From NCBI GenBank assembly GCA_014905635.1, contig JABVCE010000014.1, positions 1 through 64,000 of the forward strand: 64,000 nucleotides of DNA, written 5' to 3'. Under the pieces are notes generated by a model that had not been told where the DNA came from, ran no database searches, and worked only from the letters and a program-made list of their open reading frames with translations. Shown here in pieces: positions 49,985 through 61,115 of this stretch. Position 1 is the stretch's first letter. Each line of letters opens with the position of its first letter. The DNA is from Scenedesmus sp. PABB004. Taxonomy: Eukaryota. The translations under genes were made by a program, and so were the position numbers.

Positions 49985-51858
49985 TCACAGCGCGCAGCCG
50001 GGCGCGGCGGCCGCGCCGTCCTGCTGCTCGCCGCCGCGCGCCGCCAGCTCCGCGGCGAGCAGCTCCTGCGCCGTCGCGGTCTGGTCGCGCAGCTCCTGCA
50101 GCAGCGCGGAGAGGTGGCGCTCCGCCTGGCCCATCTGCGCCGCGAGCTTGTCCAGAAACTCCAGCGCGAGCGCCGCCTCCTCGTCCGCCGCGCGCGACAG
50201 CAGCTCCAGCTCCGCCGCCCGCACCGGCCGCAGCGCCTCGTACGCCGCGACCGCGGCCGCGAGCTCCTCCGCGTCGCCCGGCGGCGGCCGCGCGTCGCGC
50301 GCGCGCAGCGCCAGCGCGCGCGCCGCCAGCGCCTGCGCGTCGCTGAGCGGCGCCCGCGCCGCGCCGCCGGCGCTGCCGCCGTCGAGCCCGCCGCCGCCGC
50401 CGCCGGCGCTGCCGCCGCCGTCGACGCGCTGCATCGCCCGCAGCAGCTGCGCGCGGCGGCGGTCCTTGGCGGTCTCGCGCGCGGCGTGGCGGATCGTGGC
50501 CGCAAACATTTTCTTGTTGGCTGCCTGGATGTCACGCAGCTGCGGCGGCAGGCGCGGCCGGGGCGACGGCGGCGGTGGGCAGGCCGAGAGGCAGGCGGGC
50601 GCCGGCGCGGCCGGCGCGGCGCCGCCGGCCGGCAGAGCTGCGCTGCAGCCCCCCCCCCCTCCCCCTTCATGCCACGGCCGGCTGCCCGCAGCGCCGTCAC
50701 GCCGCGCGGGGCGACTCCGCGCACCCGGCGCATGACAGCGGCAAAGGCCTGCTCCTCCAGCTCCGCCGGCATCAGCCCCGGCGCGCGCAGCGCCCGGCCC
50801 AGCTGGCGCAGCAGCGCCGGCTCCTCCGCCGACAACGAGAGGCTCATCTGCGCCAGCGGCGGCGTCGGGGGCCCAGCGGTCGGCGCGCTGCGGCGCCGCG
50901 CTGCGCGGCCGTGCGCCGCGGCGCGCCGCGCGCACCTGCAGGCGGCGCGTCTGCAGGGCGCGGATGTGCACGTTGACGCGGTCCACCTCGCAGCTGATCG
51001 TCTCCAGCAGCATGCGCATGGCCGCCGGCTGCTTGCTGGCGAGCACCGCCGCCTGCAGCGTCGCCGTGGGCGGCGGCGCCAGCTCCGCGCCCTGCGTGTG
51101 CGCGTGCTCCGCCATGCACACCTGCGGCGCGCGCGGAGGGGGCGGCTCGGCGGCGGCGCCCGGCCGGCGGCCGCCCCCGCGCGTCCGCCGCTGCTGCTCC
51201 CACGCGGCCGGCGCCCACGCGGCGCGGTCACACCTGCTCGCGCACGGTGTCCGACGTGCGCAGGTAGAGCTGCTCCGTCGCCGAAAGCGCCCGCTGCTCC
51301 CGCACCAGCACCGCCTTGAGCAGGGCGCTGACCTCGCCGTACCGCGTCTCGCAGCACTTGGACCGCGCCTGCGCAGGGGCGGGGACGGCGGCGTGGGCCG
51401 CCGCCGCGCGCGCCGCGGCTGCCGTGCGCGCGCCGGGCGGCGCCGCGCGCCGCACCACGAGCGCTGCGGCCTCCTCCTCGATCTGCCGCACGCGCTGGTG
51501 GATGTCGGCCTTGAGCCTGGCCGCCTGCGCCCAGGCGGCGGCGGCGGCGGCGGCGCTCGGCGGGGGCCCGCGCGGGCGTCTGCGCGCGCGGCCGCATTCG
51601 AATGCGCGGCGCGCGCCTGCACTGCGTCGGCGTGCGTCGCCCGTGGCGGCGCGGCCCGGGCCTGGGAGAGGCGGGGGCGGGCCTGCGGCGCGGCGGCGGC
51701 GCCTAGCGTGAGCGGCGCGCGGCGGGGCGCGCAGCAGCAGCGAACGGCCGGCGGCGCCGCCGCGCCGCAGCTGCAGGCGCCCGCGGAGCCCGCACCGGCC
51801 GGACACCGCTGCTGCGTGCGCGAGGGAGGCCGCCGGGACGCGCGTGGGCGGCCGCCAT
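49985..51858 (-). CDS. Hypothetical alpha-helical/coiled-coil protein, multi-exon; start uncertain
   Basis: Coding-biased exons bounded by GT-AG (ARLKADIHQRVRQIEEE; CCETRYGEVSALLK; LLETISCEVDRVNVHIRAL; LRDIQAANKKMF). Confidence 0.55.
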
Positions 51859-52228
51859 TGCGCGAGCGTTTCGGTCGCACAGACTTGTGCGAGCTCCGGG
51901 GACGCGGCGGCGATCGTCGTGCTGGGAGAGCGGCACGAGAGCGAGCGGGAGCAGTGGCGGGCCTGACTCCGCGCCCGTCAACAACACTGACGGCGGCGTT
52001 TGCGACGGCAAAGACCCGCCGACTGTCGCGCGCCCACGCATGCGACGCCCGTGCATTGCCTCCCCAGCAGCAGCGCGCACGACGCACTTTCCAAAGCGGT
52101 CGCCCGGGCCCCGTTTGGCGCGCCCCTGCCTCGCCGCGCCAGCGCAGCAGCTCCCGCGCGCGCCCGCCTGGTCGCGCGCTCGGCTCAGGATGCGGCCCGA
52201 CATGTAGCGGTTGCCTGGCCGCAGCGCC

Positions 52229-55200
52229 ATGCCCCCTGGCGCGCCCTGCGAGCCGGGCAGCGAGCCCCCCTGGCCGCCCGGCCCGCCGGGGGCGCCGCTG
52301 GCCGAGTGCGTGGCCTACAAGGCGACGCGGCTGTCCGAGGTCGTCACCCGACGCGCGGTGCGGCTCTACAGCGACCGCCTGGTTACAGTACGCACAGATG
52401 GCAGCAGCGAGCGCGCCTGGGCGCTCTCCAGCCAGTGCCGCCTGGAGCCCGAGTACGCGCAGGAGATCGCGGGCGCCGAGCTGCACCGCGTGCGGCCGCC
52501 GGGGACCTGGAGCATCACCGCCAAGCTCACGGGCAGCGGGGCAGAGGCCATCGGCCTGGTGAGCCCGTGGCGCCCGCCCTGGGCCGCCCGCTCGCCCGCC
52601 GGGCCCGCCCCGCTCACGGGGCGCCGCAGCAGCAGCCGGGGCCGCCGCGGCGGCGCCATGCGGCGACCGGCGGCGCCGGCGCGGCCGCCGGCGCTGCCCG
52701 GCGCGCGCGGCGCTGCTGCTGGCGGCGGCGCTGGCGCCGGCGCCGGCGCCGGCCGCCGGTCGCTGCGGCAGCGCGCTCTGCAACCGCCGCCGGCGCCGCT
52801 CATCCGCCGCCGCGCCCGCGCGCAGTTTTGTGTGACGCTGCACTGGCCCACGAGCTGGCTCGCGACGCGCGGCTACTCGAGCATCACGCTGGGCTTTGAG
52901 AGCGCCGCCGAGGCGGCCGCGTGGCACGGCGCGGTGCAGGCGCAGGTCTCGGCGCTGCGCCTGCGCGGCAGCGGCCGCGGCGGCGACGCGAGCGCGGGGC
53001 ACAGCAGCAAGCCGAGCTACGACGACCGCAGCCTGCACTGGAGCAGCCCGGGCGGCCCCGGCGGCGTCGCGCGCAAGCCCTGCTCGCAGGACAAGGGCTT
53101 CATGGCTGCCGCGCTGGAGGCGTGGCTTGGGTCGCGCGACGACAAGGCGCCGCAGCCGGATGGCGCCGCGGGTGCGTGCCGCGCGGGCGGCGGGCGGCGG
53201 CGGGCGGCGCGGCACGGGGTATGCGACGCCGCCGCCGCACGCACGCCAACGCCGCCCGTTGCGCTGCCTCCGCAGGCGGCGAGGCGCAGGCGGCGGGCGC
53301 GTACGACAGCGTCGGGCTGGCGGCGGGCGGCTACGACGGCGCCCAGGCGAGCACAGCGGCGCGGCGGCAGCTGTGGCTGCGCAGCCGCGTGCGCGCCCGC
53401 CCTCCGTGCCCTCGGCGCCCTCCGCGCCCGCCGACCTCGCCCGCCCCGCGCGCGCCCGTCCTGCCACGCAGGCCTTCGCCAGCGTCAGCGGCGGCGGCGG
53501 CGACGACGACGCGAGCAGCACGAGCAGCGGCCCGCACGGCGGCGACGACGCCGGCGGCGGCGCGGGCGGCGAGCAGCGCTGGGTGCCGTACCGCCACACC
53601 AACGGCGTGGCGATCTACCACCACAAGGAGTCGGCGGTCGCGGGCGGGCTGTGGGCGGGGCGCGGCGCCCGCGAGCGCGGCGGCGCGCTCGCGGCGGCGT
53701 GCGAGGACGGCGACGGCGGCGACGGCGGCGTGGCCGGCAGCGAGTTCATGGCGAGCAGCATCGTGCGCGGCTGCCCCGACGAGTGCCTGGCGGTGCTGAT
53801 GGACCTCAGCAGCAACACCACCATCCTCGGCCCCGCCAGCGCGATCGAGCTGCTCGAGGACGGCGCCGAGCGCCAGGTGCGGCGGCCGCGCGCGCGGCGC
53901 CCGCGCCGGCGCCTGCGCCCGCGCGGCGGAGCTCGCGGCGGGCCGGGCCGCGCCCGACGGCGCCCGCCGCCGGCGCCGGCGCAGGTGCTGCGCATCCGCG
54001 TAGAGGCGACGGGCATGGCGCGCCGCCTGTGCGCGCCGCGCGAGGTCGTGGTCGAGCGCCTGTTCAAGCGGTGCGGCGCGTGGGCGCGGGGCGAGGGCCG
54101 CGCCCCGCGCCCGCGCGCGGGCCGTGCGCGCCTCTCACGTGCGCGCGCACGCCGCCGCGCGGCCGTCGCACGCATGCTGCAGGGAGGAGTGCGGCGTCGA
54201 CGTCATTCTCTTCAGCAGCTGCGACGCCCCGCCCGCGAGCCCGCGCGCGCGGCGCCGCGGCGCGCTGGGCTCCACCGCCAGCCTCCGCAGCGCTGCGGCC
54301 GGCAGCGGCAGCGGCGGCGCGGCGCTCGCGCCGGGCCCCGGCGGCGGCGCGGCCGCCGCGGCCGGCGCGGCCGCGGCCGCGGTCGCGTGGGGCCTGTGGC
54401 TCGCCGGCGCGCGCGCGTGCGCCGCGGCCGCGCTGCTCGCGCTCGTGCTCGCCGGCGCCGTGTGGGCGGCGCGCGCGCGGCGGCGCGGCGGCGCCTGCGC
54501 GGCGGCGCGCCGCCCGCGGCCGGCCCCGGGCGCTGGGCGGACTGGCTCGCGAGCGTCGCGGCAGGCGGTGCGGTGATGTGGTACGCGCCCGTGCGCGCGG
54601 CGGTGCAGGGTGGTTACACCATCAGCCCGCGCGAAGACTGCGTCGGCGGCGCCGGCTCGCCCGAGTGCCTCGTCACGTGCATCCTCAAGGTCAACCTGGG
54701 CGGCTGCCTCGGCGAGTCGAGCTGGCTGCGCCCGTTTGCGGACGCGCTGGGCTGGGTGGACGCGTACGTGGAGCGCATGCTGATGGCGGTCATCCTGGTC
54801 AAGGATGAGGTGAGGCAGGCGCGCGGGCGGCGCACGCGGGGGCGGCGCACGCGGGGGCCTGCGCGGCCGCCCCGTGCTGCGCGGCGCGGCGCGGGGCGGC
54901 CGCCGAGCGCGCCGCGCTGCCGCCGCCGCGCCGCCCGCGCGCCGCGCCGCAGGTGGAGCAGCGGCGCTTCCTGGTGCAGCCGTTCAGCATGCTCACGGGC
55001 GCGGGCCGCGGCGCGCTCGCCGGCAGCGACGTCGGCTCGACCGCCGGCGGCCAGGGCGCGCCCGCCCTCGGCCGCTCCAGCCTGCGCGCGAGCCGTGGGC
55101 GCCGCACGCCGCCGTTCCCGGGCGGCGGCGGCGGCGCCGGCGCCGGCGCGGGCGAGCTGTGGGCGCCGGGCGGCGCGCCGCTCGGCCCGCCGGGCGTGGT

Positions 55201-58200
55201 GGGCTGGGCGGGCGCGCGCGGCGCGCCGGCCGGCGCGCTGCAGGCGCTGCTGGGCGGCGGCCCCAGCGGCGGCAGCCCCGCGGGCAGCGCCGCGGAGCTG
55301 CGCAAGTCGGGCAGCCGCAAGGCCGCCGACGCGAAGCAGCGCGGCACGCTCGGCCGCATGGCCAGCCGCATCTACGCGCTGCGCCCGCGCCTGCTGCGAG
55401 GTGGGGACGCCCGCCGCGCAGCGCGGCGAAGCGGCGCCGCCGCTCGCGCCCCGGCGGGCCCCCGCCACAGGCGCGCGTGCCGCGCCGCGCCGCCCCGCAG
55501 GCCCCGCCCAGGAGGCCGCGTCCGGCCCGCTGGTCAGGGACAGCCTCTCGTTCAACTCCCACCTCGCCGCGCGCGCCAGCGCCGCGCCCAGCCCCGCCGC
55601 GAGCGACGGCGGCGCGGCGGCGGCCGCGGCGGCGGCTGCGGCGGCCGCGGGCGCGCCGTCGGGCGGCGTGCCGCCGCCCGGCCTCGAGGCCGGCGGGGGG
55701 CTCGAGGGCGCCGACACCGCCGCCCTGCTCGCCGCGCTGGGCATGCCGGCGGACACCGAGGTCGTGGACCCGAGCTACTACCTGGGCGGCCCGCAGGGCC
55801 CCGCGGCGCGCGACAGCAGCCTCGCAGCCAAGTGCGTGCCGCCGCCGCACCACGCGCCTGCCGCGCGACGCACCGCCTGACGCCGCCGCCGCGGCCGCGC
55901 GCCGCGCCGCAGGTTCTGGGGCGAGCTGCACACGCCGGGCACGCCCGCGCCGTTCAAGCTGCGCGGCGCGTCGTACCTCGAGGACGGCACCAAGGTCGCG
56001 GGCGGCACGCCGCAGTTTGTGCTGGGCAGCGTCGACCTGGTCGAGACGCCCGGCCCGACGCAGCACATCTCACGCTTCCTGCCCGCCGTGCGGTGCGTCG
56101 CCCGCGCGGCCGCCGCCGCCGCCGCCGCACGACGTGCCCGACCGCCGCCCACCCCCGCCGCCGCCGCCGCCGCCGCTGCCGGGCGCCGCGTCCGCGCCGC
56201 GCAGCGCGAACAAGGCGGGGTACAGCTTTGTGGTGAACCTCATCATCCCCGGCACCCCAGTGCTCAGCCTGGTGGCCGTGTTCATCAACGAGCACCACCC
56301 AGACATCCTCGACCCCGCGCGCGCGGGCGGCGCCGCCGGCCGGTCGAGCTGCAGCGGCAGCAGCGAGCCCGCGCCGCCGGCGAGCGAGGCGTCGTGGTCG
56401 GCGCCCGGCAGCGGCGGCGCCGCCGCGGACGGCGGCGCCGGCGCCGGCGGCGGCTACGCGCGGCCGGCCGACACGGCCGACTGGCAGCCGTTTGACTGCG
56501 CGCTGCACCGTTTCCTCCGCGGCGGCCCCGACACGCGGCGGAGCATGTTCAAGCTGATCCCTTACATCGCCGAGGGCAGCTGGGTGAGCTCCTCGGGCGC
56601 GCACGCACGCCGACGCGCGCGGCGCAGCGCCCCCGCCCCCGCCGCCGCGTGTCCGGCGGCTGCGCGGCGCGCGCCCGGCCGGCTGACGCCGCCCGCTCCT
56701 GCGCGGCGCGCAGGTGATCAAGCAGAGCGTGGGCAGCGTGCCGGTGATTCTGGGGAACAAGCTCGCCACGGTGTGGTACGAGTCTGACCGCTACATCGAG
56801 GCCTGCGTCGACGTCACCAGCTCCAGCGCCGCCGCATACATCACGGGTGCGCGCGCCGCCGCCACCGCCGCGGCATCTGCCCGCCGCCGCCGCCGGCCCG
56901 CGCCGCGCCGCCGACTGCGCCGCGCGCGCCGCCCGGCCACGCAGGCATGGTGCGCGGCGCGACGAAGAGCCTCATCATTGACCTGGGCTTTGTGCTGGAG
57001 GGGCAGTGCCCGGAGGAGCTGCCCGAGGCGCTGCTGGGCGCGTTCCGGCTGGACCACCTCGACTGCACCGCTGCGCAGCGCATCGACACGAGCGTGGAGC
57101 TGCCGCTGCGCCCGCGCCCGCTGCAGTTCCACCAGCTCGCCGCGCTCGCGGCGGCGGCGGCGGCCGGCGGCGGCGCCGGCAGCGGCGCGGCGCCGGCCGC
57201 GCCGCGTGCGGCGCAGGGCGCGCTGTCGCAGCAGCTCGCGGCGGCGGGCGGGGGCGAGCCCGGCGGCGCGGGCGGGCAGGCGCAGCAGGCGCTGTCCGTG
57301 TCGGACCGCGGCGGCGAGCCGTCGGAGCCCTGGCAGCACCTCGCGGCGCAGCTGCAGCAGCGCTGCCGGAACAGCCTGGGCGCGGTGGAGGGCGGCCGCA
57401 GCATGACCACGCACGCCCGCAGCCGCTCGGCCGCGTCGGTGGACGAGCTCTGCGCGGGCGGCGACGTGGCGCCGGCGGCCGGGGGCGCACGCGAGGCCAG
57501 CCGGCTCCGGCCCTCCGCCTCTGCCAGCATGGGCTGCGGCAGCCCCGCGGCGCCGGCGGCGCTGCAGCCCAGCAGCGCAAGCTGCCAGCTGCCGGCGGGC
57601 AGCGGCGGCGCCGCCGGCGCCGTGCTCGCGCTCGCGAGCAGCTGCCAGCTGCCCCGAGCATCAAGACCGCGCCCGGCGGCGCGGGCAGCGGCGGCGCGGG
57701 CCCGCCACCCGCCTCCGCCAAGCAGCTGTTCGGCAGCCTGCTGAGCTTCAGCTCAGCCGGCGGCGCGGCCAAGGCGGGCGCCGGCGACAGCGGCGCCGGC
57801 GCGCCGCCGCAGGGCTGCGGCGCGGTCAGCAGCCTGTCGGCGGCGGCGACGCCTGGCGCCACGCCGCCGGCCACGGGCGCCAACACGCCCAACGCCGCCG
57901 CCGCGGCCGCCGCAGCCGCGGCCGGGGCGCCGGGCTCGCTGCTGGGCACCGCCACGAGCGTGGGCAGCGTGGGCGCGCGCAGCAGCAACCTGGGCACCGC
58001 GACGCCGACCGCGGTGCCGCTGCGCGGGCACCACCGCACCAGCAGCACGAGCGAGTGCCGCACGCCTGGCGGCGGCGCGGGCGGCGGCGCGTGGCCTGCG
58101 TCGCCGCCGGGCGGCGCGGCGAGCGACTGGAGCAGCAAGCCGTCGGCGGCGGCCTACATCAGCCGCGCGCACGCGGCGGCGCTGGCGGCCTCGGCGCAGC

Positions 58201-58726
58201 GCCGCGTCGGGCGCAGCCCGGCGCAGCAGGGGCAGGCGGCGGCGCAGCAGGCGCCTGCTCCGGGCGAGGCCTGCGGCAGCACCCCCGACGCCAGCAGCGC
58301 GCCGGCCTACCTCTCGCTCTCTGCCGACGCAGCGGGCGGCGCCTGGCTCGTGAAGCGGCCGCGCACGAGCAGCAGCTGCAGCGCCGCCGCCGGCGCCGCC
58401 GGCGGCGAGGCGCAGCCGGCGCCGGCCGGGGCGGTGCCCGACATCCTGCTGCTGGGGTCGGCCGGCAGCGGCGGCGCGTGGGGCGGGCAGAAGATCAGCG
58501 CCTCGGAGCAGCTGCGCCTCACCGGGTCCACCATCCGCGCGTCGGCGTCGGGCGGCGCCGCCGCCGCTCACCCCGGCGGCAGCCCCGGTGGCGGGCTCGC
58601 GGCGCCGCCGGCGCCGCCGGCGGCGGGGGCGCGGCCGCGCCGCTCGGCGCGGGCAGCCCCTCGATAGCGCCGCAGAAGCGGCGCTTCGGGCACCGGCGCT
58701 TTGTCAGCCTCGGCGCGGTGCAGTGA
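52229..58726 (+). CDS. EDR2-like protein (PH, START, DUF1336/EDR2_C); 3' end uncertain
   Basis: PH-like N-terminus, START (WVPYRHTNGVAIY, FMASSIVRG, LCAPREVVVER, ILKVNLGG), EDR2_C (FKLRGASYLED..K, FKLIPYIAEGSWVIKQSVG..PVILG, IIDLGFVLEGQ..EELPEALLG). Confidence 0.85.
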
Positions 58727-59067
58727 GAGAGAGAGGGAGATTTTGGCAGCGTAGAGCGCTCTTCGGGCTGCCGGCGCGCCGCGCGGCAGCCGCTAGGGAT
58801 TGTGCGGGCCGGGCCATCGCGCGCGCCCGCGACCGCGCGGGGCGCGGCGGCTGCGACACGCCGCCGCGCCCCGGCCGCGCCTAGACACCATGCTTTCGCC
58901 AGGGATCGGTTCGGCACCCCGCGCGAGGGAAAAAGCGCGGCGGTTCTTGTCGGTTCGCCGGGCGCGCCGCTGCCGCCCGCCGCCGCCGTGCCTGCCTGCC
59001 GGCGCCACCGGCACTCCGCCGCGCCCCGAGCACTCTCCGCATCGCCCCGCGCCGCATCGCCCCCGTC

Positions 59068-61046
59068 ATGCGCCTGGCTCGCGCAGCTGCTGCTGCCGCA
59101 CGCGTCGCGCCGCGCCTGAGCTACGTGCGGCCGGCCCTCGGTGCCCGGGGTGCGCTGCGAGCGGGAGCGAGCGTCGCCGACGGCCGCCAGCGCGCAGCGG
59201 GGGCGGGGCGGGGCTCGGCGTCGCGCCATCACACGCCACGGCTCCCGGGCGGGCTAGGGGCGCCGCGCCGGGCGGCGCTGGCGGCCCTGCCCCCGCCGGC
59301 GCTCCATGCGTGCCCCCGACCCCGCCCCGCCCCCGCGCAGGCCCCGCGTCGCCCGCCGCGCCGCACACGGCAGCAGCGGTCGCCGCCCGCGGCGGCGTGC
59401 GCGCCATGGCCAGCGCCGCGGCCACCGTGGAGGCGGAGGTGCGGCGCGGGCGGGCCGGCGGGCGCAATCGAGCCACCGCCGCGCCTCCCTCGCGCCGCCG
59501 CCGCCGCGAGCCGAGCGGCCGCGCCCGCGCCGCACATGCGCAGGCGCCGGCCAAGCCGCAGCCCATCTTCCGGGCTGACTACAAGCCGCCCGCGTACCTG
59601 GTCGACTCGGTGCGCCTCACGTTCGTGCTGGACGAGGACACCACGACCGTGACGAGCACGCTCGCGCTGCGGTCGAGCGGGCCAACCAACGGCGCGCCCG
59701 CGCCGCTGCTGCTCAACGGCCGCGACGACGTGAAGCTCGTCAGCGTGAAGGTCGCAGGTGCGCTGCGCCGCCGCGCTCGCTCGCGCGCACGGCGCGCGCT
59801 CGGCGGCGGGCAGCCGCGCGGCCCGCCGCAGCCCGCGCCCGTCCCTGCCCCCCCCCCCCCCCACGCACACACAAAAACACGCACACTCACATGCACACGC
59901 ACACGCGCACGCGCCGCGCCAGGCGAGGCGGTGCCTGAGGGCGACTACGAGGTCACGCCCAAGTCGCTGACGCTCAAGGCGCCGCCGGGGGGGCCGTTTG
60001 AGCTGGAGGTCGTGACGGCGCTGCGCCCCCAGGACAACAGCCTGCTGGAGGGGCTCTACAAGAGCGGCGGCAACTTCTGCACGCAGGCGCGCCCGCCCGC
60101 ACCGCGCGCGCGCCGCGCCGCGCCGTGTTGGTTCGTCTCGTCCTCCGCCTCGCCCTCCCTCCGCCCCGCCCCCCGCCGTCCCTCCCTCCCGCCCCGCGCG
60201 CGCCGCGCGCCGCGCGCCTCGCGCCGCGCCCGCGCGCCGCGCGCCGAGGGTTTAGGCCGAGCCCCGCCGCCGCGCCGCCGCAGTGCGAGGCGGAGGGGTT
60301 CCGTGGCATCACCTTTTTCCCTGACCGCCCTGACGTGATGGCGACCTACACCACGCGCATTGAGGCCGACAAGGCCCGCTACCCGGTGCTGCTGAGCAAC
60401 GGCAACCTCCAGGCCTCCGGCGACCTCCCCGGCGGCCGGCACTACGCGGTCTGGGAGGTGCGGGCGCGGTGGAGAGGGGGGGGGGGGGGGGGGGGGGCGC
60501 TGGCACGCGAGCTGGCGGGCGAGCTGGCGGGCGAGCTGGCGGGCGAGCTGGCGGCGCGCGCTGCGTGCGTGGCAGCGGCGCGCCGCGGCGGGGCGCACCC
60601 ACCCGCCCACGCCCACCCACGCCCACACCCTGACCCCCCCCCCCACCTTTATCAGGACCCCTTCCCCAAGCCCTGCTACCTCTTTGCCCTCGTCGCGGGC
60701 GACCTCGCGAGCAAGGAGGACACCTACACCACAGCCAGCGGCCGCGCGGTCACGCTGCGCATCTTCACAAACCCAGCCAACATCGGCCAGGCGCGCGCGC
60801 GCGCGCGGGACGCCCGGGGGTGGCGCGCAGCCCCCACCCGTGTGTCCCCCCCCCCCCCCCACACACACAATCCCACACCCACCCACACCCACACCCACCC
60901 ACACCCAACACACCCACACCCTTGACACACACCCAGGTTGACTTTGCGATGGAGAGCCTCAAAAAGTCGATGCGCTGGGACGAGGACGTGTACGGCCTCG
61001 AGTACGACCTGGTGCGCGCGACTGGAGCGCGTGTGCGCGCGCGTGG

Positions 61047-61115
<69 letters not shown>

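Noticed and set aside
49985..53602. 1205-aa minus ORF and many other long Ala/Arg/Pro-rich ORFs in the track
   Set aside because: Artefacts of extreme GC content and shadows of real spliced genes
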